From Gaiellales bacterium (GTDB taxonomy: Bacteria; Actinomycetota; Thermoleophilia; Gaiellales; F1-60-MAGs149): 30,726 nt of DNA. The position numbers and the translations under genes were made by a program. Below, one piece after another: positions 8,671 through 18,908 of this stretch (position 1 is its first letter; the number at the start of each line of letters is the position of its first letter). The notes beneath the pieces were generated by a model. It was not told where the DNA came from. It saw nothing but the letters and a program-made list of their open reading frames with translations, and did not search any database. The stretch lies in NCBI GenBank assembly GCA_030831375.1, contig JAURLF010000150.1, positions 1 to 30,726 on the forward strand, in the 5' to 3' direction.

Positions 8671-9244
8671 CCGCACCGCACCGCTCGCCGCCATGGAGGA
8701 CCGCATCGCGGCCGCCGCGTTCCCCGGCGCCGCGCTCGCGGCCGTGCCGTTCGTCGCGCAGGTCGGCATCCGCCTCGACCCGGCCGGGCCCGCCGCGGCC
8801 CGCGTGGCCGAGGCGCTCGGCCTGCCCCTGCCGGAGGCCAACCGGGTCTCGGCGTCGGGCGGGCGCCGCGCGCTCTGGCTCGGCCCCGACGAGTGGCTCG
8901 TGGTGGCCGCCGACGGCGAGGAGCGGGCGCTGGTGGGCATCCTCGAGGACGCGATCGGCGCCGACGGCGCGGTCGTCGACCTGTCGGCGAACCGCACCGG
9001 CCTCGAGCTGTCGGGCCCGCTCAGCCGCGACGTGCTCGCAACCTGCTGCTCCCTCGACCTGCACCCGCGCGCATTCGGGCCCGGCCGCTGCGCCCAGACC
9101 CTCGTGCAGAAGGCGGGCGTCCTGATCGAGCAGCGCGACGCGGACACGTTCCTCCTGCTCGTGCGGCCCTCCTTCGCCGCCTACGTCGCCGAATGGCTGG
9201 TCGACGGCATGGCCGGCCTCGCCGCCGACCTCGCGGCCGTCTAG
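8663..9244 (+). CDS. soxG: Sarcosine oxidase gamma subunit
   Basis: LWLGPDEWLV, VVDLSANRT, CSLDLHPRAF, LLVRPSFAAY; 8-bp overlap with soxA. Confidence 0.93.
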   Translation: MADRTAPLAAMEDRIAAAAFPGAALAAVPFVAQVGIRLDPAGPAAARVAEALGLPLPEANRVSASGGRRALWLGPDEWLVVAADGEERALVGILEDAIGADGAVVDLSANRTGLELSGPLSRDVLATCCSLDLHPRAFGPGRCAQTLVQKAGVLIEQRDADTFLLLVRPSFAAYVAEWLVDGMAGLAADLAAV

Positions 9245-10672
9245 TCAGCCCTGCATCGGACGACGGTCCGGCGCATCCATCCAGGGAGCCTCCTGCTCGA
9301 GCGCCGCGCCGACCCGGAACGGCGTCGCGTCGTCGTAGGTGCGTCCGACGATCTGCAGGCCCGTCGGCACGCCGTTGTCGGCGAACCCGCTCGGCACGTT
9401 CAGGACCGGGCACGCGCTGAGGATGTTGAAGATCGGCGTGATCGCCATCTCGAAGTAGAACTCGAGCTCGACGCCGCCGACCTCGAGGCCGTGGTCGGCG
9501 TACTCGTCGTCGGCCACGAGCCCGCGCGTTCCGACCGTCGGGCAGAGCAGCGCCTCGTGCTCCTCGAGGACGGGGGCCACGGCGTTCCAGATCTCGGACT
9601 CGGCCTCGATCTGGCCGTAGCCGGTGGTCTCGCCCTGCAGCTGCACCATGTGCTCCGCGAAGGCGATCGCATGATCGGTCATGTCGGCCCGGTGCTCGGC
9701 CACCATCCCGCCGATCCAGGCGCCGAAGATCTGGGCGAAGTGGTAGCCCATCGCGGCTCGGAAGCCGGCGCGGTCGAGCGGGATGTCGACCTCGCGGACG
9801 TCCGCGCCGGCGGCGCGCAGGGCGTCGGCCGCGGCCAGCGTGTTGGCGCGCACCTCGTCGTCGAGGGGGACGAGGCCCCCGAAGTCGAGGCAGACGGCGA
9901 TCCGCATGCCGGTGACGTCGGCGACGATGGGGCCCAGCTCGAGCTTGGGGCGCAGCGAGCGGTGGTCCATCGGGTGGGGGCCGGCCAGCGCGTTCTGGAA
10001 CAGGCGCATGTCCTCGACGGTGCGGGCGAGGCCGCCGTTGTGGCAGTACAGGTCGAGGCCGAACGGCGGCTCGCACGGCACGCGCCCGTGCGGCGCCTTG
10101 AACCCGACCACGCCGTTGAACGAGGCGGGGACGCGGATCGAGCCGCCGATGTCGGAGCCGCCCGCGAGCGTCGTCGAGCCGGCGGCGAGCGCCGCACCCG
10201 ACCCGCCCGACGATCCCCCGACCCCGAACTCGGGGTTCCACGGATTGCGCGTGACGCCGTGGATGCGCGACTGCGTGAAGCCCGCGCAGGAGAACTCCGG
10301 CGTCGTCGCGCGCGCATGCTGGATGCAGCCCGCGTCGAACATCCGCTGCGCCAGCGGCGACGTCTCGTCGGCGACGAGGTCCCGGTACACGAGGCTGCCC
10401 ATCGACCACGGCTGGCCCGCCACCGGCATCTCGTCCTTGATCGCGGTCGGCAGGCCCTCGAGCGGGCGCGCGGTGCCGTCGAGCCAGCGCGCCTCCGCGG
10501 CCCGCGCCTCCGCACGGGCCTCGTCGTAGCGGGTAAAGCAGAACGCGTTCACCGTCGGCTCCGTCGCCTCCGCGCGGGCGATCACGGCGTCCATCAGCTC
10601 GACCGGCGAGAGCTCCCGGGCGGCGAAGCCGGCGAGCGCGTCGGCAGCGGACAGGTAGGCGAGGTCGCTCAC
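9245..10672 (-). CDS. Amidase-signature (AS) family amidase, 475 aa
   Basis: AIKD, TRNPWN, GGSSGGSGAA, GSDIGGSIRVPASFNGVVGFK (Ser-cisSer-Lys triad motifs). GTG 10672 overlaps the upstream TGA. Confidence 0.93.
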   Translation of the reverse strand: MSDLAYLSAADALAGFAARELSPVELMDAVIARAEATEPTVNAFCFTRYDEARAEARAAEARWLDGTARPLEGLPTAIKDEMPVAGQPWSMGSLVYRDLVADETSPLAQRMFDAGCIQHARATTPEFSCAGFTQSRIHGVTRNPWNPEFGVGGSSGGSGAALAAGSTTLAGGSDIGGSIRVPASFNGVVGFKAPHGRVPCEPPFGLDLYCHNGGLARTVEDMRLFQNALAGPHPMDHRSLRPKLELGPIVADVTGMRIAVCLDFGGLVPLDDEVRANTLAAADALRAAGADVREVDIPLDRAGFRAAMGYHFAQIFGAWIGGMVAEHRADMTDHAIAFAEHMVQLQGETTGYGQIEAESEIWNAVAPVLEEHEALLCPTVGTRGLVADDEYADHGLEVGGVELEFYFEMAITPIFNILSACPVLNVPSGFADNGVPTGLQIVGRTYDDATPFRVGAALEQEAPWMDAPDRRPMQG

Positions 10673-11529
10673 GGGTCGCTCCTCCGCAGGAAGGCCTCGA
10701 CGACGTCGGCGTAGCGGTCGGCCTCCTCGATGTGCGCGACGTGCGACGACTCCTCGAAGCAGACGAGCTCGGCGTGGGGGATCCCTTCGCGGATCCGCTC
10801 CGAGCAGGCCTCGCCGAGCTCGTCGAAGCGGCCGTACGTGCACAGCGTCGGGATGCCGATGCGGTGCAGGTCCGCATCGCGCGACCAGTCCTTCATGTTG
10901 CCGATCAGCGTGAACTCGTTCGGGCCGTTCATGGTGTTGTAGACCGGGTTGCCGTCGAGCGACTCGGCGGTCCTGAGCATGCAGTCGGGCCACGGGTCGA
11001 GCCGGCACAGGTGGCGCGTGTAGAAGGCCATCTCCGCGTCGGGGTAACGCGGGTCCTCGCGGTCGCCGGCGAGCAGGACCTCGCCGTGCGGCGCGGGCAG
11101 CTCGGCCATCAGCCGCCGGCACTCCTGCCCGAACAGCGGCATGCTCGACGACGTCGAGGCCAGCACCACGGCGCGGATGCCGCGGGGCTCGCGGCAGAGG
11201 TAGTCGATCGACAGCCAGCCGCCCCACGACTGGCCGAGCAGGTGGCAGGCGTCGAGGCCGAGCGCCTCGCGCATGCGGTCGACCTCGCCCGTGAAGTAGT
11301 CGATCGTCCACAGCGACGTGTCGTCGGGGATGTCGGAGCGGCCGCAGCCGAGCTGGTCGTAGACGATCACGGGGCGGTGCTCGGCGAGGCGCTCCTCGAG
11401 CGGCTCGAGGTAGTACGCGGCGGCGCCGGGGCCGCCGTGCAGGAGCAGGATCGGCAGCCGGTCGCCGCCGCCCGAGCGCCGGTACCAGACGCGTCCGTGC
11501 TCCAGGTCGATGAAGCCCTCTTCGGCCAT
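10669..11529 (-). CDS. Proline iminopeptidase / L-amino acid amidase-like alpha/beta hydrolase, 286 aa
   Basis: LLHGGPG, YDQLGCGRS, GQSWGG nucleophile elbow, YNTMNGPNEF, GRFDE, SSHVAH. Start ATG 11529 with GAGGAA RBS. Confidence 0.9.
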   Translation of the reverse strand: MAEEGFIDLEHGRVWYRRSGGGDRLPILLLHGGPGAAAYYLEPLEERLAEHRPVIVYDQLGCGRSDIPDDTSLWTIDYFTGEVDRMREALGLDACHLLGQSWGGWLSIDYLCREPRGIRAVVLASTSSSMPLFGQECRRLMAELPAPHGEVLLAGDREDPRYPDAEMAFYTRHLCRLDPWPDCMLRTAESLDGNPVYNTMNGPNEFTLIGNMKDWSRDADLHRIGIPTLCTYGRFDELGEACSERIREGIPHAELVCFEESSHVAHIEEADRYADVVEAFLRRSDP

Positions 11530-11557
11530 GCCGTTCCTCTCCCTCGCGGTGAGGGGG

Positions 11558-11586
11558 ATCGTCGGCGCGGACGGCCGTCCTGTCAA
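11558..11586 (-). promoter_or_regulatory. Sigma-70 promoter for the iminopeptidase-amidase pair
   Basis: TTGACA (11586-11581), 17 nt, GACGAT (11563-11558); the spacer holds the perfect palindrome GGACGGCCGTCC (11569-11580). Confidence 0.7.
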
Positions 11587-11596
11587 TGGCCCCGGC

Positions 11597-12778
11597 TCAG
11601 GCCAGGTGCTCGGCGATCGCCGCGAGCGAGCGCATCGTCTCCGCCGACTGGGCCTCGTCCCAGGCCAGGGGGTACGTCGACATCCGGGCGATCACGACGC
11701 CGGCGGGGCGGTCGACGTAGCAGTACTGGCCGTGGATGCCGAGGCCGCTGAGGACCTCGCCGCGGCGGATCACCCAGAAGGCGTTGCGGTACATCGACCA
11801 GTCGCCCTTCGTCGCCTGGTCGAGGGTGGGGCTGGCCGTGAACTGGCGCTCGCACTCGTCGTCGCCCTCGCGCGTGTCGCGCACCCACTCGGCGGGGATC
11901 ACCTGCGCGTCGCCCGCGCGGCCGTCGTCGAGGTAGGCCTGCCCGAGCCGGGCGAGGTCGCGCAGGGCGCACGACATGCCGCCGTCCACCACCGGGAAGC
12001 CGAGCGGGTCGAGCATGATGTCCGCGTCGAACTCCTGGCCGAGCGGCCCCCACAGCTCCTCGGAGAGGACCTCGTGGAAGCGGCGCCCGGTGACGGTCTC
12101 GATGATGTGCGCCTGGATGTTCGTCAGGGGCGAGCGGTAGTCGAACCAGGCGCCGTGCTCGTAGGCGGTCGGGTACGTCCGGAAGTGCCCGAGCACGCCG
12201 ATCGGCTCGCGGTCGCCGAGGCGCCGGTAGCTCGCGTGGCGCTCGTACTCGAGCAGCGGGTTGTCGGCGTCGGGGTCGGCGTAGAGGCCGTAGTCCTCCA
12301 CGAACTCCGTGCCCGCGGTCATGTCGACGACGTGGGCTACCGTCGCGCCGTCGAGGCTGGTGCCGGCCATGTCCCCGACGAGGTCGGTGACGAGGTCGGA
12401 GCGGCGGACGAGGCCCTTGCCGACCTGCACGCCGAGCAGCGCGCAGCACCACGACTTCGAGACGCTCATCAGGAGGTGCGGCGTGCGCTCGGTCATCCCG
12501 TTGAAGTAGCGCTCGTAGGCGATGCGGCCGTCCTTGAGGACGCAGATGCCCTCGGCCTGTGAGCGCGCGAGCTGGTCGGCGACGGTCACCGCCGCGCCGT
12601 CGATGCCCTCGAAGGCCACGTGGTCGATCTCGCGCGGGTCGTGCTCGAGGATCCGCGGCGGATGCGTGTCGTTGCCGATCCGCGCCGTCGGCGCGAACTC
12701 GCGCACGCGCTGGAAGGACCGCCGCGGGAAGGGGTCGGTCAGCCAGGTGTCGAGGGTGGTGGGTGCGAGGCCGGTCAT
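11597..12778 (-). CDS. Beta-lactamase-fold serine hydrolase, 6-aminohexanoate-dimer hydrolase (NylB)-like, 393 aa
   Basis: HLLMSVSKS (SxxK), FDYRSPLT, GGMSCALRDLARLG, GIHGQ. Start ATG 12778, 6 nt from GATGAT. Confidence 0.88.
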   Translation of the reverse strand: MTGLAPTTLDTWLTDPFPRRSFQRVREFAPTARIGNDTHPPRILEHDPREIDHVAFEGIDGAAVTVADQLARSQAEGICVLKDGRIAYERYFNGMTERTPHLLMSVSKSWCCALLGVQVGKGLVRRSDLVTDLVGDMAGTSLDGATVAHVVDMTAGTEFVEDYGLYADPDADNPLLEYERHASYRRLGDREPIGVLGHFRTYPTAYEHGAWFDYRSPLTNIQAHIIETVTGRRFHEVLSEELWGPLGQEFDADIMLDPLGFPVVDGGMSCALRDLARLGQAYLDDGRAGDAQVIPAEWVRDTREGDDECERQFTASPTLDQATKGDWSMYRNAFWVIRRGEVLSGLGIHGQYCYVDRPAGVVIARMSTYPLAWDEAQSAETMRSLAAIAEHLA

Positions 12779-12816
12779 CGCGCGATCATCGCAGCCGCCG
12801 GCCCCCGGGGGAAGGG

Positions 12817-13992
12817 CTACGCGAGGCCGTCGGCGAAGCGGCGGATCCGCCGGGCCGCCTCGACGAGCTGCTCGTCGTCCATGCCGAGCGAGATGCGCAC
12901 GTGGCCGGCGCCCGACGGCCCGAACGTGTGGGTCGGGAGGACCGACACGCGCTCTTGGTCGAGCAGGCGCAGCGCGAAGTCCTCCGCCTCCAGCCCCGTG
13001 GGCCGGATGTCGATCATCACGAACATGCCCGCCTCCGGCCGCCGCGGGACGATCGCGGAGGCCCCCTCGAGCTCGGCCATGACCCGGTCGAGGCGGCGCA
13101 GGTACTTCTCCCGCTCGGCGCGCGGGAAGGCGCCGCCGTCGGCGAGGGCCACGGCGCCCGCGTCCTGGATGAACTGGACGCAGCCGAACAGCATGGCCTC
13201 GAGCAGCACCCCGGCGCGCGCGGCGAGCTCGGGCGGCGCGACCGACCAGCCGTGCCGGAAGCCCGTCATCGCGTACGCCTTCGAGAGCGTGCCGAGCGAG
13301 ATCACGCGGTCCTCGACGCCGTCGAGCGCGAGGATGCTCGTGTAGGGGCCGGCGAAGTCGAACTCGCCGTACACCTCGTCGGCGAGCAGCCACAGGTCGT
13401 GCTCGGCGCAGAGGTCGGCGATCGCCTGGAGCTCGGCGCGGTCGAGCATCGCGCCGGTCGGGTTGTGCGGGTGCGTGAGGACGACCGCGCGCGTGGCGGG
13501 GCGGATCGCGGCGCGCAGGTCGTCGATCCGCGGGTGGAAGCCGTCCTCGGGGCGCAGCGGGACGTGGTCGACCTCGACGCCGCTGGCGCGCAGCACCTGC
13601 GTGTACGGGGCGTAGAACGGCTCGGGCAGGATCAGCGCGTCGCCCGGGCCGACGATCGTCATCAGCATTCCGAACATCGCGGTCTGCGCGCCGGGGAAGA
13701 AGTTGACCATGGCGGGCGTGATCTCCCGCCCGGCCTGCCGCGACACGTAGCCGCAGATCGCCGCCACGACGGCGGCCTCGCCGCGGGCCTCCGCGTAGCG
13801 GGTGCGGCCGCGCGCGATCGACGCATCGACCTCCGCGACGACGGCGGGCGGCGGCGGCGAGTCGGGCTCGCCGATCGAGAGGATGATGATGTCCTCGCCC
13901 GCGGCCTTCCGCTCCGACGCGATCTGGTGGACCTTCCAGGCGGGGTCCGGCTCGTCGGAGAGCCGCAGGGAGAGGGGGGAGTACGGGGGCAC
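12817..13992 (-). CDS. Class I/II PLP-dependent aminotransferase, AruH (arginine:pyruvate transaminase)-like, 391 aa
   Basis: AWKVH...LSIGEPD, HPHNPTG, DEVY, SKAYAMTGFRHGW (PLP lysine), GHVRISL. GTG 13992, 6 nt from TATCGT. AruH similarity is from recall of the N-terminus. Confidence 0.88.
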   Translation of the reverse strand: MPPYSPLSLRLSDEPDPAWKVHQIASERKAAGEDIIILSIGEPDSPPPPAVVAEVDASIARGRTRYAEARGEAAVVAAICGYVSRQAGREITPAMVNFFPGAQTAMFGMLMTIVGPGDALILPEPFYAPYTQVLRASGVEVDHVPLRPEDGFHPRIDDLRAAIRPATRAVVLTHPHNPTGAMLDRAELQAIADLCAEHDLWLLADEVYGEFDFAGPYTSILALDGVEDRVISLGTLSKAYAMTGFRHGWSVAPPELAARAGVLLEAMLFGCVQFIQDAGAVALADGGAFPRAEREKYLRRLDRVMAELEGASAIVPRRPEAGMFVMIDIRPTGLEAEDFALRLLDQERVSVLPTHTFGPSGAGHVRISLGMDDEQLVEAARRIRRFADGLA

Positions 13993-14033
13993 CGCGCCAC
14001 GATACCGGGGCCGGCGCCGATGCGGTGGCGCCC

Positions 14034-15863
<1,830 letters not shown>

Positions 15864-15926
15864 CGCCCGGCAGCCTATCCATGTCGGACCATGCGGCGAG
15901 CCGGTGGATGCAGCACCATGGGGGGC

Positions 15927-16910
15927 ATGCACGTGCGCGTCGCCCTGATCGCCCTCGCCCTCGTCGCCGCCCTGCCGGCCGCCGCGCAGGCGGGCTGGCG
16001 CGACATCCCCGACCCGTCTGCGCAGCCGGACGTGGCCGCCCGGACGACGCGCGAGCGCGTCGGCCCGACGACGGTGGTGCGCACCTGGTACGAGGCGTGG
16101 AATGGGCGCCGGCGCGAGCTCCGGATCGCCGTGCCCACCGCCGCCCTCGCCGCGGGTCGGCCACTGCCCCTGCTGGTGACGGCGCGCCCCGCGGGCATGA
16201 GCCTGCTCTGCACCGACGAGACGATGCGGCTCGCGGGCCGCAGCGGCTTCGCGCTCGCCTGCCCGAGCGGGCAGGGCGTCGTCACGCGCTCCTTCTCATA
16301 CGGGGCGGCCGGGCAGATCAGCGACCTCGCGAAGATGCCCAGGCTGGTGGAGGAGCGCGTGCCCGACCTGCGGGTCAACCGGCTGCGGACGTACCTGGCG
16401 GGCTCGTCGATGGGCGGCACCGAGGCGCTGCTCGTGGCGCTGCGCTACCCCGGCGCCTACGCGCGCGTCGCCGCGCTCGACCCGATCACCGACCAGGGCC
16501 TGCGCTTCTCGTCGTTGCCGATGCAGCGGCGCCTGCTCCTGCAGGCCGAGTGCGATGGGCCGCCCGTCCTCCGGCCCGAGTGCTACACGGCGCGCAGCCC
16601 GCAGGCGCACGTCGGCAAGGGCGCCGCGGCCGGGCCGATCGCGCTCTGGTACTCGACGCGCGACCCCGTCTCCGGCGAGCCGCGTCAGGTGCCGCGCTTC
16701 GCCGAGGGCCTCGCCGAGCGCGGCGCCCGCGGCTTCGCGGTCCGGGTCGGGCGCTGGGGGCACGGCGCGCTCTGGGAGCGCGCGCCGATGCGCCGCGCGT
16801 GGATGCGGGACCTCGGCCTGCCCGTCTCGGTGCCCGCGGCGCTGCCGTTCGCGTGGCACGGCCTGAACGCCTCGGGCGGCCGCCTCGTGCCGGCCCGCCG
16901 CGGCGCTTGA
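15927..16910 (+). CDS. Secreted alpha/beta-fold hydrolase (esterase-like), 327 aa
   Basis: Signal peptide [22 protein letters not shown]; GSSMGG elbow; candidate acid (STRD) and His (WGHG). ATG 15927, 7 nt after CACCAT. Confidence 0.75.
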   Translation: MHVRVALIALALVAALPAAAQAGWRDIPDPSAQPDVAARTTRERVGPTTVVRTWYEAWNGRRRELRIAVPTAALAAGRPLPLLVTARPAGMSLLCTDETMRLAGRSGFALACPSGQGVVTRSFSYGAAGQISDLAKMPRLVEERVPDLRVNRLRTYLAGSSMGGTEALLVALRYPGAYARVAALDPITDQGLRFSSLPMQRRLLLQAECDGPPVLRPECYTARSPQAHVGKGAAAGPIALWYSTRDPVSGEPRQVPRFAEGLAERGARGFAVRVGRWGHGALWERAPMRRAWMRDLGLPVSVPAALPFAWHGLNASGGRLVPARRGA

Positions 16911-16935
16911 CGCGGACGCTCGGCGCGCCGACGCT
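16907..16935 (+). promoter_or_regulatory. Candidate promoter of the cyclase gene
   Basis: TTGACG (16907-16912), 17 nt, GACGCT (16930-16935); GGAG RBS before ATG 16966. Confidence 0.5.
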
Positions 16936-16965
16936 TCCGGGCGACCCCGGCCCAGGAGCGGACCC

Positions 16966-17931
16966 ATGTGCGGCGATCTCGGCAACCTCATCTTCGAGGC
17001 GATGCAGACCACGGACGGCAGGCAGGTCTCGAAGAGCCCGTGGGGCCCCGACGACCAGATCGGCCGCCTCAACTGGATGACGCCGGCCGGACAGGCCGAG
17101 CTGCTCGCCCGCCTCGACGGCTCGAAGGTGTTCGACCTCTCCGTCGACTACTTCAAGGGGATGCCGTCCTGGATCGCCGCCGGTGACCCCGTCTACGACA
17201 TCTGGATGACGCACACGCCCGAGGGGTCGCTGATCGACGGGCTGCCCGGCGTCGACCCGGCGCTGCTCGAGCGCCACTCGTACGCGGGCGACGCGGTGCA
17301 GATGTACACGCATTGCGGCACGCACCTCGACACGCTCAACCACTTCGGCTACGACGGCATGTTCTGGAACGGCTGGAACCAGAAGGAGCACCTCGGCAGC
17401 CGCCACTGGCTGGTCGGCGGTGCCGAGCACTACCCGCCGATCATCGGCCGCTGCGTCGCGATCGACGTGGCCGGCATGCACGGCGTCGACTGCCTCGACC
17501 CCGTCCACGAGATCACCGCGCAGGAGCTCCAGGACGCCCTCAAGCGGCAGGGCTCGGAGGTCCGGCCGGGTGACATCGTCCTGATCCGCACCGGCCGCAT
17601 GACCGTCTGGCCGGACGTGCAGGCGTACATCACGGACCAGCCCGGCATCGGCATGGGCGCTGCGAAGTGGCTCTGCGAGGAGGCCGGCGCGATGCTGGTC
17701 GGCGCCGACTCGCTGTCTCTGGAGGTCACGCCGAACCCGGACCCGGAGACGTTCCTGCCGGTCCACTCCTACCTGTTCGCGACCGCGGGCTGCCCCCTGA
17801 TGGAGGTCGTCGACATGGAGGAGATCTGCCGCGAGGGCGTCTACGAGTTCGCCTTCATGGGCTTCCCGTTGAAGCTGACGGGCGCGACCGGCACGCCGAT
17901 CCGCCCCGTCGCGATCCCGCTGCGCGACTAG
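16966..17931 (+). CDS. Cyclase-family (kynurenine formamidase-like) metal-dependent hydrolase, 321 aa
   Basis: WGPDDQIGRLN, HCGTHLDTLNH (HxGTHxDxxxH), GDIVLIRTG, GADSLSLE, PLKLTGATGTPIRPVA. Confidence 0.92.
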   Translation: MCGDLGNLIFEAMQTTDGRQVSKSPWGPDDQIGRLNWMTPAGQAELLARLDGSKVFDLSVDYFKGMPSWIAAGDPVYDIWMTHTPEGSLIDGLPGVDPALLERHSYAGDAVQMYTHCGTHLDTLNHFGYDGMFWNGWNQKEHLGSRHWLVGGAEHYPPIIGRCVAIDVAGMHGVDCLDPVHEITAQELQDALKRQGSEVRPGDIVLIRTGRMTVWPDVQAYITDQPGIGMGAAKWLCEEAGAMLVGADSLSLEVTPNPDPETFLPVHSYLFATAGCPLMEVVDMEEICREGVYEFAFMGFPLKLTGATGTPIRPVAIPLRD

Positions 17932-18341
17932 GCGGGGCGGGCGCGCCAGGCGAGCCAGAGGGCGAGCGCGAAGCCGGGCCACCAGACCAGATCGTTCGTG
18001 ACGATGATCAGCCCGGCCTCGATCGGCACCCGGCCCGAGACGACGGCGCCGAGGAACCCGATCGGGCCGAGGATCTTCCCGAGCAGGCCGACGAGCACGA
18101 TCGGCCAGTGGCGGATCGGGTCGCGCGCGGCGATCGCGTAGCCGATGCCGTACACGCCGACGATCATCCCGATGCACTGCCACAGCTCGGGGTAGATCGG
18201 CTGCTCGATCCCCGCGAGGTCGAACGCGCTGGCCGGAAATAGCACCGCCCACGCGCCGAACAGCACATTGTAGACGGCGGCGACGGCGAGCGTCGCCTTC
18301 GCGACGCGCAGCGCGGTGGAGGGAGGTGCGGCGGTGGCCAC
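17928..18341 (-). CDS. Uncharacterised multi-pass membrane protein, ~137 aa
   Basis: YNVLFGAWAVLFP...YPELWQCIGMIVGVYGIGYAIAARDPIRHWPIVLVGLLGK...TNDLVWW; about four hydrophobic segments and coding-type GC3. Start GTG 18341 is inferred. Confidence 0.75.
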   Translation of the reverse strand: MATAAPPSTALRVAKATLAVAAVYNVLFGAWAVLFPASAFDLAGIEQPIYPELWQCIGMIVGVYGIGYAIAARDPIRHWPIVLVGLLGKILGPIGFLGAVVSGRVPIEAGLIIVTNDLVWWPGFALALWLAWRARPA

Positions 18342-18381
18342 GCTCGATTCTTCGCAGCCCGACGCCGCTACGATCACCGCT

Positions 18382-18795
18382 GTGGACGACGCGACCGTCA
18401 TCGTCGAGGAGACCGGCGTCGACCCGGCGCGCGGGACGTCGCGACTGACCCAGGACATCTCCGCCTTCGGGCACGGCCTGATCGGCGATGAGCCGGTGGA
18501 GGACGGCGGCGCCGACCTCGGCCCGCCGCCCTTCGCGCTGCTCCTCGCCGCGCTCGGCTCGTGCACGTCGATGACGCTGCGGATGTACGCGGACCTCAAG
18601 GAGTGGCCGCTCGAGCGCGTGCGCGTCGAGCTGCGCCACGAGCAGGGACCCGACGGGCTCGAGATCGATCGGCGCATCGAGCTGACGGGCGACCTCGACG
18701 AGGCGCAGCGCGAGCGGCTGCTCGCGATCGCGAACCGATGCCCCGTGCACAAGGCACTCACGCACCCGCTCGAGATCCGCTCCACGCTGGCGTGA
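18382..18795 (+). CDS. OsmC/Ohr-like family protein, 137 aa
   Basis: DEPVEDGGADLGPPP, LAALGSCTSMTLRMYA, ANRCPVHKAL (two conserved Cys). GTG 18382, 7 nt after TACGAT. Confidence 0.9.
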   Translation: MDDATVIVEETGVDPARGTSRLTQDISAFGHGLIGDEPVEDGGADLGPPPFALLLAALGSCTSMTLRMYADLKEWPLERVRVELRHEQGPDGLEIDRRIELTGDLDEAQRERLLAIANRCPVHKALTHPLEIRSTLA

Positions 18796-18908
18796 GCCGG
18801 CCCCCGGCCGGGCCCGGCGCCCGCGCGTAGTATCCGGGTGCGGTGCCGATCCGGGCGTCGCGCCGTCAGATCCGCCGCCCGCGCGGCTCTTCACCTCCGA
18901 CCAGCCCG

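Noticed and set aside
4340-9244. N-methylglutamate dehydrogenase (mgdABCD) instead of sarcosine oxidase
   Set aside because: No gmaS or mgsABC nearby, and the beta subunit carries actinobacterial SoxB-type segments ([17 protein letters not shown]). Not excluded without a tree.
18796-18827. GC-rich inverted repeats after osmC, after typA (13993-14033) and at 12800-12816 as terminators
   Set aside because: Short stems of low complexity, no U-tract, expected by chance at this GC.
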